From an uncultured Candidatus Saccharibacteria bacterium (GTDB lineage Bacteria > Patescibacteriota > Minisyncoccia > Phycocordibacterales > UBA9973), in NCBI GenBank assembly GCA_964348725.1, contig CAYGDG010000004.1:2133-66132 (forward strand): a stretch of DNA of 64,000 nucleotides, in the 5' to 3' direction. This document shows positions 18,089-26,715 of the stretch, piece after piece (the first letter of the stretch is position 1; every line of letters begins with the position of its first letter). The notes beneath the pieces were generated by a model that saw only the letters and a program-made list of their open reading frames with translations, was not told where the DNA came from and did not search any database. Made by a program: the position numbers and the translations under genes.

Positions 18089-18571
18089 ATGAGCATAGTT
18101 AACGAAATTTTGCAGCAGTTAAATAAACAGGCATTTAATTACAAAGGCGCGCGCGTCAGTTTCTTTGGTATTCCAGAATTTAAAAAATATCGCACGGGCT
18201 CAGTCCGGGCGACTTTCTCTCGCTTGCTTGCCGATGGGCTCGTAGAAGATTGCGGTGACTTGCGCATCACAGTGAAAGGAAAAGAATATATAAAAAGAAA
18301 AATTGATTCACTGAAGCAGTTTGATTTCCGATTTGCCAAAGACGCGCCGAAGAATCTGATGGTAATGTTTGATGTGCCTGAGACGAAGAAGGCGGAGAGG
18401 GAATGGCTGCGCTGGCAGCTAAAAAAATTCAGTTACTTGATGATTCAAAAGAGTGTGTGGGTCGGCCCGTCGCCCTTGCCAAAGGAATTTATGGAGTATG
18501 TGGAAGAAATCGGTCTGAAAGACAGCCTAAAGACCTTTAAACTGGCGAAAGGGTATGACTTTAAAAAATAG
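18089..18571 (+). CDS. PaaX-like small transcriptional regulator (N-terminal winged HTH plus Cas2-like ferredoxin-fold domain)
   Basis: The N-terminus GSVRATFSRLLADGLVEDCGDLRITVKGKEYIKRK is wHTH-like. The middle NLMVMFDVPETKKAEREWLRWQLKKFSYLMIQKSVWVGPSP matches the PaaX/Cas2 pattern (PaaX: KWLLLLSEGLDKSTLADVKKQLIWQGFGALAPSLMASPS; Cas2: LVVV...R.RL...L...G..VQ.SV). Confidence 0.4.
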   Translation: MSIVNEILQQLNKQAFNYKGARVSFFGIPEFKKYRTGSVRATFSRLLADGLVEDCGDLRITVKGKEYIKRKIDSLKQFDFRFAKDAPKNLMVMFDVPETKKAEREWLRWQLKKFSYLMIQKSVWVGPSPLPKEFMEYVEEIGLKDSLKTFKLAKGYDFKK

Positions 18572-18578
18572 AAAATAA

Positions 18579-18610
18579 GTTACATTTCCTGCTATCGCAG
18601 AGTTTGTAAC
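18579..18610 (+). promoter_or_regulatory. 32-nt palindrome copy 3 (GTTACATTTCCTGCTATCGCAGAGTTTGTAAC), just after the PaaX-like stop codon
   Basis: Same architecture as copies 1 and 2, with the core reverse-complemented. Followed by TTTTAT. Confidence 0.5.
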
Positions 18611-18783
18611 TTTTATAAATATTTCGGCGCGTTGTCCAGCCAGCCCAAAATAAAGCCCAGAGCGAGGAAGATGACAAGCAGAACGGCGAGGATTATGTAG
18701 GTTTTTCGCATATCTTAATTATATAAGATAATAACCAAAATAAAAACAGGAAGCTTGTAATTACAAGCTTCCTGTTCATTTTT

Positions 18784-19146
18784 TTACCTCTTCTTTCTTT
18801 TGAGCATTTGGAGTAACTCTTTTTGTGTTCCAACTACTTCTTTGAGTAATTCTATTTCCTGCTCATAACGGGAAACTTTTTCTTTCAGTTCCTTGATTTC
18901 GGAACCGAAAACTAGATTTCCGTCAAAAGATTCCAGTTCAGTTTCTGTGATATGTAAGGCATCGCATATGAGTTTCAAGGTGTGGTGGTTGACCTTGCCA
19001 TTTTTTTCGATGTGGGAAATCATTGCCCTTGTCTTGTGGATTTTTTCCGCAAGGTCACTCTGGGTCATATCTCTCAAAATTCTTATGAGCATTATTTTCT
19101 TGCCCAGGTTCATTTTCTTAGAATCGGGTAGCGTAGATTTTTTCAT
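18784..19146 (-). CDS. XRE-family HTH transcriptional regulator with C-terminal coiled coil
   Basis: IRILRDMTQSDLAEKIHKTRAMISHIEKNGKVNHHTLKLICDALHI is a Cro/C1-type HTH. Confidence 0.7.
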   Translation of the reverse strand: MKKSTLPDSKKMNLGKKIMLIRILRDMTQSDLAEKIHKTRAMISHIEKNGKVNHHTLKLICDALHITETELESFDGNLVFGSEIKELKEKVSRYEQEIELLKEVVGTQKELLQMLKRKKR

Positions 19147-19242
19147 AGGTTTTTAATTTGCTTTGCCTACATTATATCATATACACTATATACTTGTCAA
19201 TACCTCTGTTGCAATTCGGCATTTTTAAGTTAAGATGACACT

Positions 19243-20337
19243 ATGCTCACGAAGGTGAATTTCAAATCAAAAGAGGAACTGCGGGCGGACTTGGCGAAGG
19301 AGGATTTCTGCCGCACGACGCTTTCTTTCTATAAATATGTACGTATTGCCGACCCGAAGGCGATGCGGGATTTTTTGTTTGATACTTTTTCCGAATTGAA
19401 ATGCCTCGGCAGGATATATGTAGCGAAAGAGGGAATCAATGCGCAGATGAATGTGCCGGAGCATAACTTTGCGGCTTTTGATCGGTTTATTCAGAGTACA
19501 AAAGAATTTGCCGGTGTGCCTTATAAAGTAGCTGTAGAGGAGAAACCTGCCCGCAATGCTTCGCATAGCGATGCAGGCGGGGGTCAGTCCAGCTTTTTGA
19601 AATTGACGATAAAAGTGCGCGAGAAAATAGTAGCGGACGGCATAGACGACCCAAGTTTTAATCCCGCAAATACCGGCGAATATGTGCTGGCGGAAGAAGC
19701 GAATGCGATGATAGACCGCGGCACGACGGTGATAGATATGCGCAACCTCTACGAATCCGCCATCGGGCACTTTGAAAATGCGAAGATAATGAATGTGGAT
19801 ACTTTCCGCGAGCAATTGAAAAAAGTGCACGCGATGTTTAAGGACAAGAAAGACGAAGAAGTGCTTCTGTATTGCACCGGCGGCATCCGCTGTGAGAAAG
19901 CTTCGGCCTGGATGAAGCACAATGGTTTTAAAAATGTAAAGCATATTAAGGGCGGCATTATAGATTACGCGCATCGGGTGAAGGAGCTTGGCTTGCCGAA
20001 TAAATTCCGCGGAAAGAATTTCGTCTTTGACGAGCGGATGGCGGAAAAAGTGGGGGAGGAGACGATAGCGTACTGCCAAGTGTGCGAAAAGGAAAAGTGC
20101 GATGATTATATCCACTGCAAAAATGAATCCTGCCATATGCTTTTCATTTCCTGCAAAAAATGCGAGCAAAACCTCGCCGGCTACTGCGGACGCATCTGCC
20201 AGATATGCGACAAATTCCCGAAAAAGATAAATGATATGCTCATCGGCAAGAGCCGCCAGAAGCACGGCAACCAGTTCAAGAAGAATTACAAGAAGTTCAA
20301 AGATATTAGCCCTATAAAAGTAAATTTAGTAAAATAA
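19243..20337 (+). CDS. trhO: tRNA uridine(34) hydroxylase TrhO (rhodanese-domain, UPF0176/YceA family) with Cys-rich C-terminus
   Basis: Long blocks are near-identical to E. coli YceA: SFYKY..IADPKA, GINAQ, VADGIDDP, YCTGGIRCEKASAWMKHNGF, GKNFVFDERM, followed by a CxxC-rich tail. Confidence 0.85.
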   Translation: MLTKVNFKSKEELRADLAKEDFCRTTLSFYKYVRIADPKAMRDFLFDTFSELKCLGRIYVAKEGINAQMNVPEHNFAAFDRFIQSTKEFAGVPYKVAVEEKPARNASHSDAGGGQSSFLKLTIKVREKIVADGIDDPSFNPANTGEYVLAEEANAMIDRGTTVIDMRNLYESAIGHFENAKIMNVDTFREQLKKVHAMFKDKKDEEVLLYCTGGIRCEKASAWMKHNGFKNVKHIKGGIIDYAHRVKELGLPNKFRGKNFVFDERMAEKVGEETIAYCQVCEKEKCDDYIHCKNESCHMLFISCKKCEQNLAGYCGRICQICDKFPKKINDMLIGKSRQKHGNQFKKNYKKFKDISPIKVNLVK

Positions 20338-20368
20338 AGCTGTTGGATGTGTGACCCTATAAAATTAT

Positions 20369-20968
20369 ATGCAACTTACACACAGTGACAGAGAAAAAAT
20401 CGCTCGTCAATATGATAAATCTTTATTAATTCCTAGTCATAATCTGACACATAGGTTTATTCTTGCTCCTGTTGGTTTGGTTGGTTCTGGTAAAAGCACA
20501 GTTGTTAAGCCGCTTTCAGAAAAATTTTCTCTTGTACGAATTTCCTCTGATGAAATAAGAGAAATTTTAAAAAAATTATCTTGTGACTATACACAGGAAG
20601 ATGTTTTATATATTGACATATTGTTGCTCCGTAAATATTTGAAAAGCGGATACGGAGTTGTTTTTGACAGTGATTGTGAAAACAAGGTATCAATCATAAA
20701 GGAGTTGGAAAAAGAATTTGATGTCCCAGTAATCTGGATAAATATTAATCCACCGGAAGAATTCATACTAAACAAGTTGCAACATATGAGCTATGAAAAA
20801 GGTCATGTTTTCAAAAATGCACAACAGGCTATCGCCACTTACTTTAAAGACAAACCGATTCATAGAAATTTGAGTATGCCATTTATTTCTACGATTGATA
20901 CTTCAAAAGAAAACCTCAACGGTCAGATTTACGAAACGAGCGAAAAGATAAGTAAGAGCTTGATATAA
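20369..20968 (+). CDS. P-loop NTPase, predicted small-molecule/nucleotide kinase (AAA_33 / zeta-toxin-like fold)
   Basis: Walker A LAPVGLVGSGKSTV. Walker B-like VVFDSD. 199 aa. About 33% GC, which is compositionally atypical. Confidence 0.45.
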   Translation: MQLTHSDREKIARQYDKSLLIPSHNLTHRFILAPVGLVGSGKSTVVKPLSEKFSLVRISSDEIREILKKLSCDYTQEDVLYIDILLLRKYLKSGYGVVFDSDCENKVSIIKELEKEFDVPVIWININPPEEFILNKLQHMSYEKGHVFKNAQQAIATYFKDKPIHRNLSMPFISTIDTSKENLNGQIYETSEKISKSLI

Positions 20969-21721
20969 ATGTCTCTTGGGGCATATTTTAGTGCAAAAAT
21001 AGTCTTTTTTTGCTATATTCTAGGGATGAATGAAAGGGGAAAAGAACATCCGCTGAATATACTCATCGCCGAATCGTACGGCGTGTTTTCCGAGCTTGGA
21101 TTTGAGATAGCGATAGAGCGCGAGCTGGAAGACGAACAGCACAACTTTGATATTTTGAATGTGCCGAAAGACCATCCCGCCCGCGATATGCAGGATACTT
21201 TTTATGTGAAAGGAAAAGAGGGCGTATTGCGCACGCACGCGACGAATGCTTCGGCTCGCGCTTTGGAAAAATTAGCGGCGGAGGGCAAGACGACTGCCGC
21301 ATATATTTCCATCGGCAAAGTGTTCAGGAATGAAGCCACGGACGCCACGCACGAAATGCAGTTCTATCAGATAGACGGCGCGATGGTGGGGGAGAATATC
21401 ACGCTGGCGAATTTGAAAGCGGTGCTTCTGCACTTCTACAAAAAAGTGCTCGGCGAAGAAGTGGAAATAGAATTCCGTCCGTCGTTCTTCCCATTTACCG
21501 AGCCATCCGTGGAAGTGTTCGCAAAATTCAAAGGCAAGTGGCTGGAAGTGATGGGCGCGGGAATGCTCCATCCGAATGTGCTGAAGAATTGCGGCCTTGA
21601 CCCGGCGCGCGTACAAGGCTTCGCCTTCGGCGGCGGCTTGGACCGCATAGCGATGGTCCGCTGGGGCATTCCCGATGTGCGGCTTTTTTATCAGGGGGAT
21701 TTGAGATTGAATCAGTTTTAA
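20969..21721 (+). CDS. pheS: phenylalanine--tRNA ligase alpha subunit (catalytic core only)
   Basis: DHPARDMQDTFYV, LRTHATNASARAL, FRNEATDATHEMQFYQIDG, FRPSFFPFTEPSVEV, GAGMLHPNVL. The true start may be the internal ATG at 21029 (MNERGK). Confidence 0.85.
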   Translation: MSLGAYFSAKIVFFCYILGMNERGKEHPLNILIAESYGVFSELGFEIAIERELEDEQHNFDILNVPKDHPARDMQDTFYVKGKEGVLRTHATNASARALEKLAAEGKTTAAYISIGKVFRNEATDATHEMQFYQIDGAMVGENITLANLKAVLLHFYKKVLGEEVEIEFRPSFFPFTEPSVEVFAKFKGKWLEVMGAGMLHPNVLKNCGLDPARVQGFAFGGGLDRIAMVRWGIPDVRLFYQGDLRLNQF

Positions 21722-21722
21722 T

Positions 21723-22325
21723 ATGAAAAATAAAAATTTAAAAATTATAATTTCCGTACTATTTCTTTTGGCGATAGGAGTTGCTATGTTTTTTTTGATT
21801 AACAAAAAAGACAATGCTATTTATGGGGACTCTATATTACCAATAGCAGAGCAAAAAGATTATTTAAAAAAACTCACTAGACTTTGGAATAATTATATAA
21901 AAAACCCAAACGAAGAAACCGCACAAGAATTGCTTGTATTTTTACCAGACACGAATAATCATATATATTCACCAGATGTTCCAGATTATGAATCGCTTAA
22001 GAAAGCGATAAACAATGATTATCCTAGAGTTCTAGAAATTATCTTTGAATTTCAGCGTAATTCAACAGGAGTTGATAAGGAATTTTTGAATATTCAAGCA
22101 GGATATTACTTGGAAGTTAATCCTAAAAACTTCTTAGAGATAGCTTCTAAAACTAAAGATTTTAGGGTAACTGATTATGATTGGACATTAGATTCAGATG
22201 AATTAACTAAAGAACATACCTCAAAAATGATTAATGCTTTAGAAAATGTTAAAGATAATAATTTTATAAATCTACGGGACAAACTTATTAAAGAATTTAA
22301 ATATAGTTTAAGTAGATATAATTAA
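21723..22325 (+). CDS. hypothetical membrane-anchored protein inserted between pheS and pheT
   Basis: N-terminal TM segment (IIISVLFLLAIGVAMFFLI). AT-rich, about 30% GC. No recognizable domain. Confidence 0.4.
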   Translation: MKNKNLKIIISVLFLLAIGVAMFFLINKKDNAIYGDSILPIAEQKDYLKKLTRLWNNYIKNPNEETAQELLVFLPDTNNHIYSPDVPDYESLKKAINNDYPRVLEIIFEFQRNSTGVDKEFLNIQAGYYLEVNPKNFLEIASKTKDFRVTDYDWTLDSDELTKEHTSKMINALENVKDNNFINLRDKLIKEFKYSLSRYN

Positions 22326-22326
22326 T

Positions 22327-24150
22327 ATGAAAATCTCCTACAACTGGCTCAAATGGTATATTCCTGAAATTCCCGAGGCGGACAAGGTCGCGGAGATTTT
22401 TTCGCGGCATCTGACGGAAGTGGAGGGAATGGAGAAAAAGGAGGATGGCGATGTGATTTTTGATTTGAATATTTTGCCGAATCGGGCGCACGATTTGCTT
22501 TCGCATCACGGCGTGGCGAAAGAATTAGCAGGACAGCTCGGCATCAAATACAATGATCCCACGCCGATGTATAAAGTGCCGGAAGCAAAGCCAACGAATT
22601 TGAAAATAGATTTGCAGACGGATAAATGCCGCCGATATATGGGGCGGATTGTGAGGAATGTAAAAGTAGGTGAAAGCCCGGACTGGGTGAAAGGGCACTT
22701 GGCTTCAATAGGGCAGAGGAGTATAAACAATATCGTAGATGCCACGAATATCACAATGTATGACTGCGGTCAGCCGATACACGCTTTTGATTTGGATAAG
22801 CTAGCGAGTGAAAAGATTATCGTGCGTACGGCGAAAGCGGGCGAAAAAATAACTTTGCTTTCCGGTGAGGAAAAGGAATTGAAAGAAGGGGATATGGTAA
22901 TTGCCGATGAACAGAATGCGCTCGCTATTGCCGGTGTGAAAGGCGGAAAAGTAGCGGAAGTGGATGCGAACACAAAAAATATTTTGATAGAAGTGGCGAA
23001 TTTTGACCCGGCCAGCGTGCGGAAGACTTCGCGACGATTGGGAATTTTGACCGATTCTTCCAAGCGATTTGAAAATGACCTTTCGCCGGAATTAGGAGAT
23101 CTCGCAATGAAAGAAGTATCCGGGCTGATGGTGGAATACGGATTTACGGATTTTGAAGAAATTATAGACCAGTATCCTGTGAAGCAAAAGGAACACAAAA
23201 TTTCTTTCACTACGGAATTAGTGAATAAAAAATTGGGAAGCAGCATCACCGATTCGGAAATAGAAACTATATTAAAAAATTATTCTTACGATTTTTCCCA
23301 TATGTTGGACATCTGGGAAATAAAGGTGCCTGCACTTCGCCTTGATTTAGTTTTCCCCGAAGATATGGTGGAAGAAATCGGCAGGATATACGGCTATGAC
23401 AAAGTAGTGCCGGTGATGCCAAAGATTGATTTCACGCCGAAAGAAAATGAAACTTTTGCCAAAATTTCCGCCGCGCGGGAGAAACTGCTTTCGGAAGGGT
23501 ATAGCGAAGTGATGACCTATGCCTTCCGCGCGAAAGGGGAAGTGGAAGTGCTTGCTTCTGCATCGGATAAAAAATTTCTGCGTACGAATCTCTCGGACGG
23601 ATTAAAAGAGAGCATAAAAATGAATCAGGCGAATTTACCGCTCCTCGGGATGAAAGAGGTGAAAGTTTTTGAAATTGGGAATGTGTTTGTGAATGGAAAA
23701 GAGGAGACGTATGTTGCGTACGGAAATAAAAAAGAAGTGAAAGAAATAAAATTGGAAGAATTCGCCTCGGCTGATGCTTTTGCTCAGGTCCTCGGGTCGG
23801 CCGCGCAATCTTCTCCTTCGGAGCGGCCTCTACCAGACCATTCGCAAAAGTATACAGCCTCGGCTTTTACGCTGTGGTCTGCGTATCCTTTTATCGCGCG
23901 TGATATTGCACTCTGGGCAAGTGAAAATACTACACCGGAGGAAATTATGGAAATCATAAAGGGGGTTATGGGCGAGCTCGTCGTGCGTGGTCCCGAGCTT
24001 TTTGATCAGTTCAAAAAGGACGCCAAAATATCCTATGCTTTCAGGGTGGTTTTCCAATCACCGGAACGGACTTTGACGGATGAAGAAGTGAGTGTTTATA
24101 TGGGTAAAATCACCTCAGCACTCACGGAAAAAGGCTTTGAGATTAGGTAA
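22327..24150 (+). CDS. pheT: phenylalanine--tRNA ligase beta subunit (short, 607 aa)
   Basis: N-terminal MKISYNWLKWYIPE. B3/4 and B5 regions. C-terminal FDQFKKDAKISYAFRVVFQSPERTLTDEEV is an FDX-ACB-like end. Confidence 0.8.
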   Translation: MKISYNWLKWYIPEIPEADKVAEIFSRHLTEVEGMEKKEDGDVIFDLNILPNRAHDLLSHHGVAKELAGQLGIKYNDPTPMYKVPEAKPTNLKIDLQTDKCRRYMGRIVRNVKVGESPDWVKGHLASIGQRSINNIVDATNITMYDCGQPIHAFDLDKLASEKIIVRTAKAGEKITLLSGEEKELKEGDMVIADEQNALAIAGVKGGKVAEVDANTKNILIEVANFDPASVRKTSRRLGILTDSSKRFENDLSPELGDLAMKEVSGLMVEYGFTDFEEIIDQYPVKQKEHKISFTTELVNKKLGSSITDSEIETILKNYSYDFSHMLDIWEIKVPALRLDLVFPEDMVEEIGRIYGYDKVVPVMPKIDFTPKENETFAKISAAREKLLSEGYSEVMTYAFRAKGEVEVLASASDKKFLRTNLSDGLKESIKMNQANLPLLGMKEVKVFEIGNVFVNGKEETYVAYGNKKEVKEIKLEEFASADAFAQVLGSAAQSSPSERPLPDHSQKYTASAFTLWSAYPFIARDIALWASENTTPEEIMEIIKGVMGELVVRGPELFDQFKKDAKISYAFRVVFQSPERTLTDEEVSVYMGKITSALTEKGFEIR

Positions 24151-24175
24151 ATTTTTGCTATACTAGGGCTACTTT

Positions 24176-26269
24176 ATGGCAACAGCAAAAGACAAAAAAA
24201 GTTTACCCGCCTCTGGAGGGCAGAAATACGGAGCCGAACAAATCTCCATTTTGGAGGGTCTGGAGCCTGTACGTAAGCGCCCGGGAATGTATATCGGCAC
24301 GACGGGGCCTGAGGGCCTCCACCACTTGGTGTGGGAAATTTTTGATAACTCCCGCGATGAAGCGATGGGAGGATTTTGTAATGAAATAGAAATCGTGATG
24401 CTTCCGGGCAATCGTGTGCGCGTGGCGGACAACGGCCGCGGTATCCCGACTGACATTCATCCAAAGACGAAAGTATCCGCCCTTGAAACAGTGATGACCA
24501 CTCTCCACGCCGGAGGAAAATTCGGTGGCGAGGATTCGGGCTACAAAGTTTCCGGAGGTCTTCACGGCGTGGGCGCATCCGTAGTGAACGCGCTTTCGGT
24601 ATACACTCGCGCGGAAGTGCATCACGATGGCGGGAAATTCTTTCAGGAATACAGCCAGGGTAAGAAAAAGGCGGCGGTGAAAAAATTCGGCACTTCCAAG
24701 AGAAGCGGAACGATCATCACCTTTGAGCCGGACGCGGAAATTTTCAAGGAAGGCGTGAAATTTAATTGGGATACGGTGGTAAACCACATCCGCCAGCAGG
24801 CTTACCTGGTGAAAGGGCTGAAAATTCACATCATAGACGCACGCGGATACGAGGCGAAGAAAGACATCGGAGAGCTGCTAGAAGACGCGGACGCTTTTTT
24901 CTTTAAGGAATTAAATATGGAATTTCCCTCCGTCGGCTTTTACTTTGAAGGGGGCCTGACATCGCTCATCAAGTACTACAACAAATTCGTGAAGCCGGTG
25001 CAGAGCAATATTTTTTACGTAGAGAAAGAACAGGACAGCGTGGGTGTGGAAATCGCCCTCCAATATGTAGACGACATCACCGACCGCATTGTGCCTTTTG
25101 CGAACAATATTTATAACCCGGAAGGCGGCACGCATGTGACCGGTTTTAAGACTGCGCTCACAAGGACGCTGAATACTTACTGCAAGAAAAATGAAATGAT
25201 GAAGGAAAGCGAAGGGGGATTCACTGGCGAAGACGTGCTGGAAGGCCTCACTGTGGTCATCTCCGTAAAGCTCCGCGAAATACAATTTGAAGGACAGACC
25301 AAGGCAAAGCTTGGCTCGATGGAAGCCCAGGGCGCAGTCGCGACCGTCTTCGGCGAAGCGTTCTCAAACTTCCTGGAAGAAAATCCAGACGAAGCCAAAG
25401 CCATCATCAGCAAATCCATCCTCGCGCTCAAAGCCCGCAAGGCGGCAAAAGCGGCGAAGGACAGCGTGCTCCGAAAGGGCGCGCTGGAAGGAATGACTTT
25501 GCCCGGCAAACTCGCTGACTGCCAATCCAAGAGTGCCGAAGAATCCGAACTCTTCCTGGTGGAAGGAGATTCCGCAGGCGGCTCGGCCAAGCAGGGCAGG
25601 GACAGGCGCACGCAGGCCATCCTGCCGCTCCGCGGAAAAATTTTGAATGTGGAGCGCGCGCGCATAGACAAGATGCTCGCATCCAAAGAAGTGAAATCCC
25701 TCGTCATCGCGATGGGAGCTTCCATCGGCGACACTTTTGATATTGAAAAAATGCGTTATCATAAAATCATCATCGCGACCGATGCCGACGTGGACGGCGC
25801 GCACATCCGCACTTTGCTCCTGACGCTTTTTTACCGCTACTTCAAGAAAATAATAGAAGCCGGATATATTTATATCGCTCAGCCGCCGCTGTACAAGATA
25901 AAAAAGGGCAAGCAGATAAATTATGCGTATTCCGACGAAGAGAGAATAAAATTGGCGGGGGATACTGACATCGTTATAGAGAATCTGGATGACCAGGTAG
26001 CTCCACCAGAAGGCGAGGAGAGTGAAGAAGAAGAAGTAAAAAAGAAATCATCCAAAGTGCACATCCAGCGCTACAAAGGTCTCGGAGAAATGAATCCGGA
26101 AGAATTATGGGAAACGACGATGGATCCCGAAAAGCGCGTCATTAAAAAAGTGAATATAGACGATGCCGAAGAAGCGAACAAGATATTTGATATACTGATG
26201 GGCACGGAAGTTCCGCCTCGTAAGTCGTTTATACAATCTAATGCCAAATTGGCGGAGATTGATATATAA
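24176..26269 (+). CDS. gyrB: DNA gyrase subunit B
   Basis: GLHHLVWEIFDNSRDEAMGG ATPase lid. GGLHGVGASVVNALS. TOPRIM EGDSAGGSAKQGRDRRTQAILPLRGKILNVERA. PLYKIKKG ... RYKGLGEMNPEELWETTMDP. Confidence 0.85.
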   Translation: MATAKDKKSLPASGGQKYGAEQISILEGLEPVRKRPGMYIGTTGPEGLHHLVWEIFDNSRDEAMGGFCNEIEIVMLPGNRVRVADNGRGIPTDIHPKTKVSALETVMTTLHAGGKFGGEDSGYKVSGGLHGVGASVVNALSVYTRAEVHHDGGKFFQEYSQGKKKAAVKKFGTSKRSGTIITFEPDAEIFKEGVKFNWDTVVNHIRQQAYLVKGLKIHIIDARGYEAKKDIGELLEDADAFFFKELNMEFPSVGFYFEGGLTSLIKYYNKFVKPVQSNIFYVEKEQDSVGVEIALQYVDDITDRIVPFANNIYNPEGGTHVTGFKTALTRTLNTYCKKNEMMKESEGGFTGEDVLEGLTVVISVKLREIQFEGQTKAKLGSMEAQGAVATVFGEAFSNFLEENPDEAKAIISKSILALKARKAAKAAKDSVLRKGALEGMTLPGKLADCQSKSAEESELFLVEGDSAGGSAKQGRDRRTQAILPLRGKILNVERARIDKMLASKEVKSLVIAMGASIGDTFDIEKMRYHKIIIATDADVDGAHIRTLLLTLFYRYFKKIIEAGYIYIAQPPLYKIKKGKQINYAYSDEERIKLAGDTDIVIENLDDQVAPPEGEESEEEEVKKKSSKVHIQRYKGLGEMNPEELWETTMDPEKRVIKKVNIDDAEEANKIFDILMGTEVPPRKSFIQSNAKLAEIDI

Positions 26270-26272
26270 AAA

Positions 26273-26308
26273 AGCTGTTCATTGTGATTAATGAACAGCT
26301 TTTGCTTT
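26273..26308. terminator. bidirectional intrinsic terminator (gyrB / 26318..26527)
   Basis: AGCTGTTCATTgtgattAATGAACAGCTTTTGCTTT: an 11-bp perfect stem followed by a T-tract. Confidence 0.55.
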
Positions 26309-26317
26309 AACGAGATA

Positions 26318-26527
26318 TCAAACTCGCCATATTTTTTCATCAAGACAGAAATCTATGTGAGCGCCAAGATTCACCACTTGATGACCGCAACTCATACAGA
26401 TTCCTCCTTTCTCTCGCTTTGCCTCTTTTCGTTTTAGTATTTCTTCTTTCAGAAGAATAAAAATAAAATATCCCAAGACAGACAATACGGGGGAAAATAC
26501 TACTGACCACGCTATAAATTTTTCCAT
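26318..26527 (-). CDS. small hypothetical protein (N-terminal TM, C-terminal CxxC...C)
   Basis: 69-aa ORF only. Weak support. Confidence 0.25.
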   Translation of the reverse strand: MEKFIAWSVVFSPVLSVLGYFIFILLKEEILKRKEAKREKGGICMSCGHQVVNLGAHIDFCLDEKIWRV

Positions 26528-26715
26528 AATAAGAAGTTTCCCTTACTTTACAATTTATAAAAGATTAAATCAAGTTATCCACCTTTGTGGCTTGCGTCAT
26601 TTTCCCGGCATTTTGGTATAATATATCCATAACCAATTGTTATTTTGACAATTAATCTAAACTCCATCCATACATCTAAAAAAGTCCCCCGAGTAAAGTA
26701 GGAGGCAAACACATT

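Noticed and set aside
19267-20265. 332-aa minus-strand ORF antisense to trhO
   Set aside because: Shadow ORF. The plus-strand product is near-identical in blocks to known TrhO.
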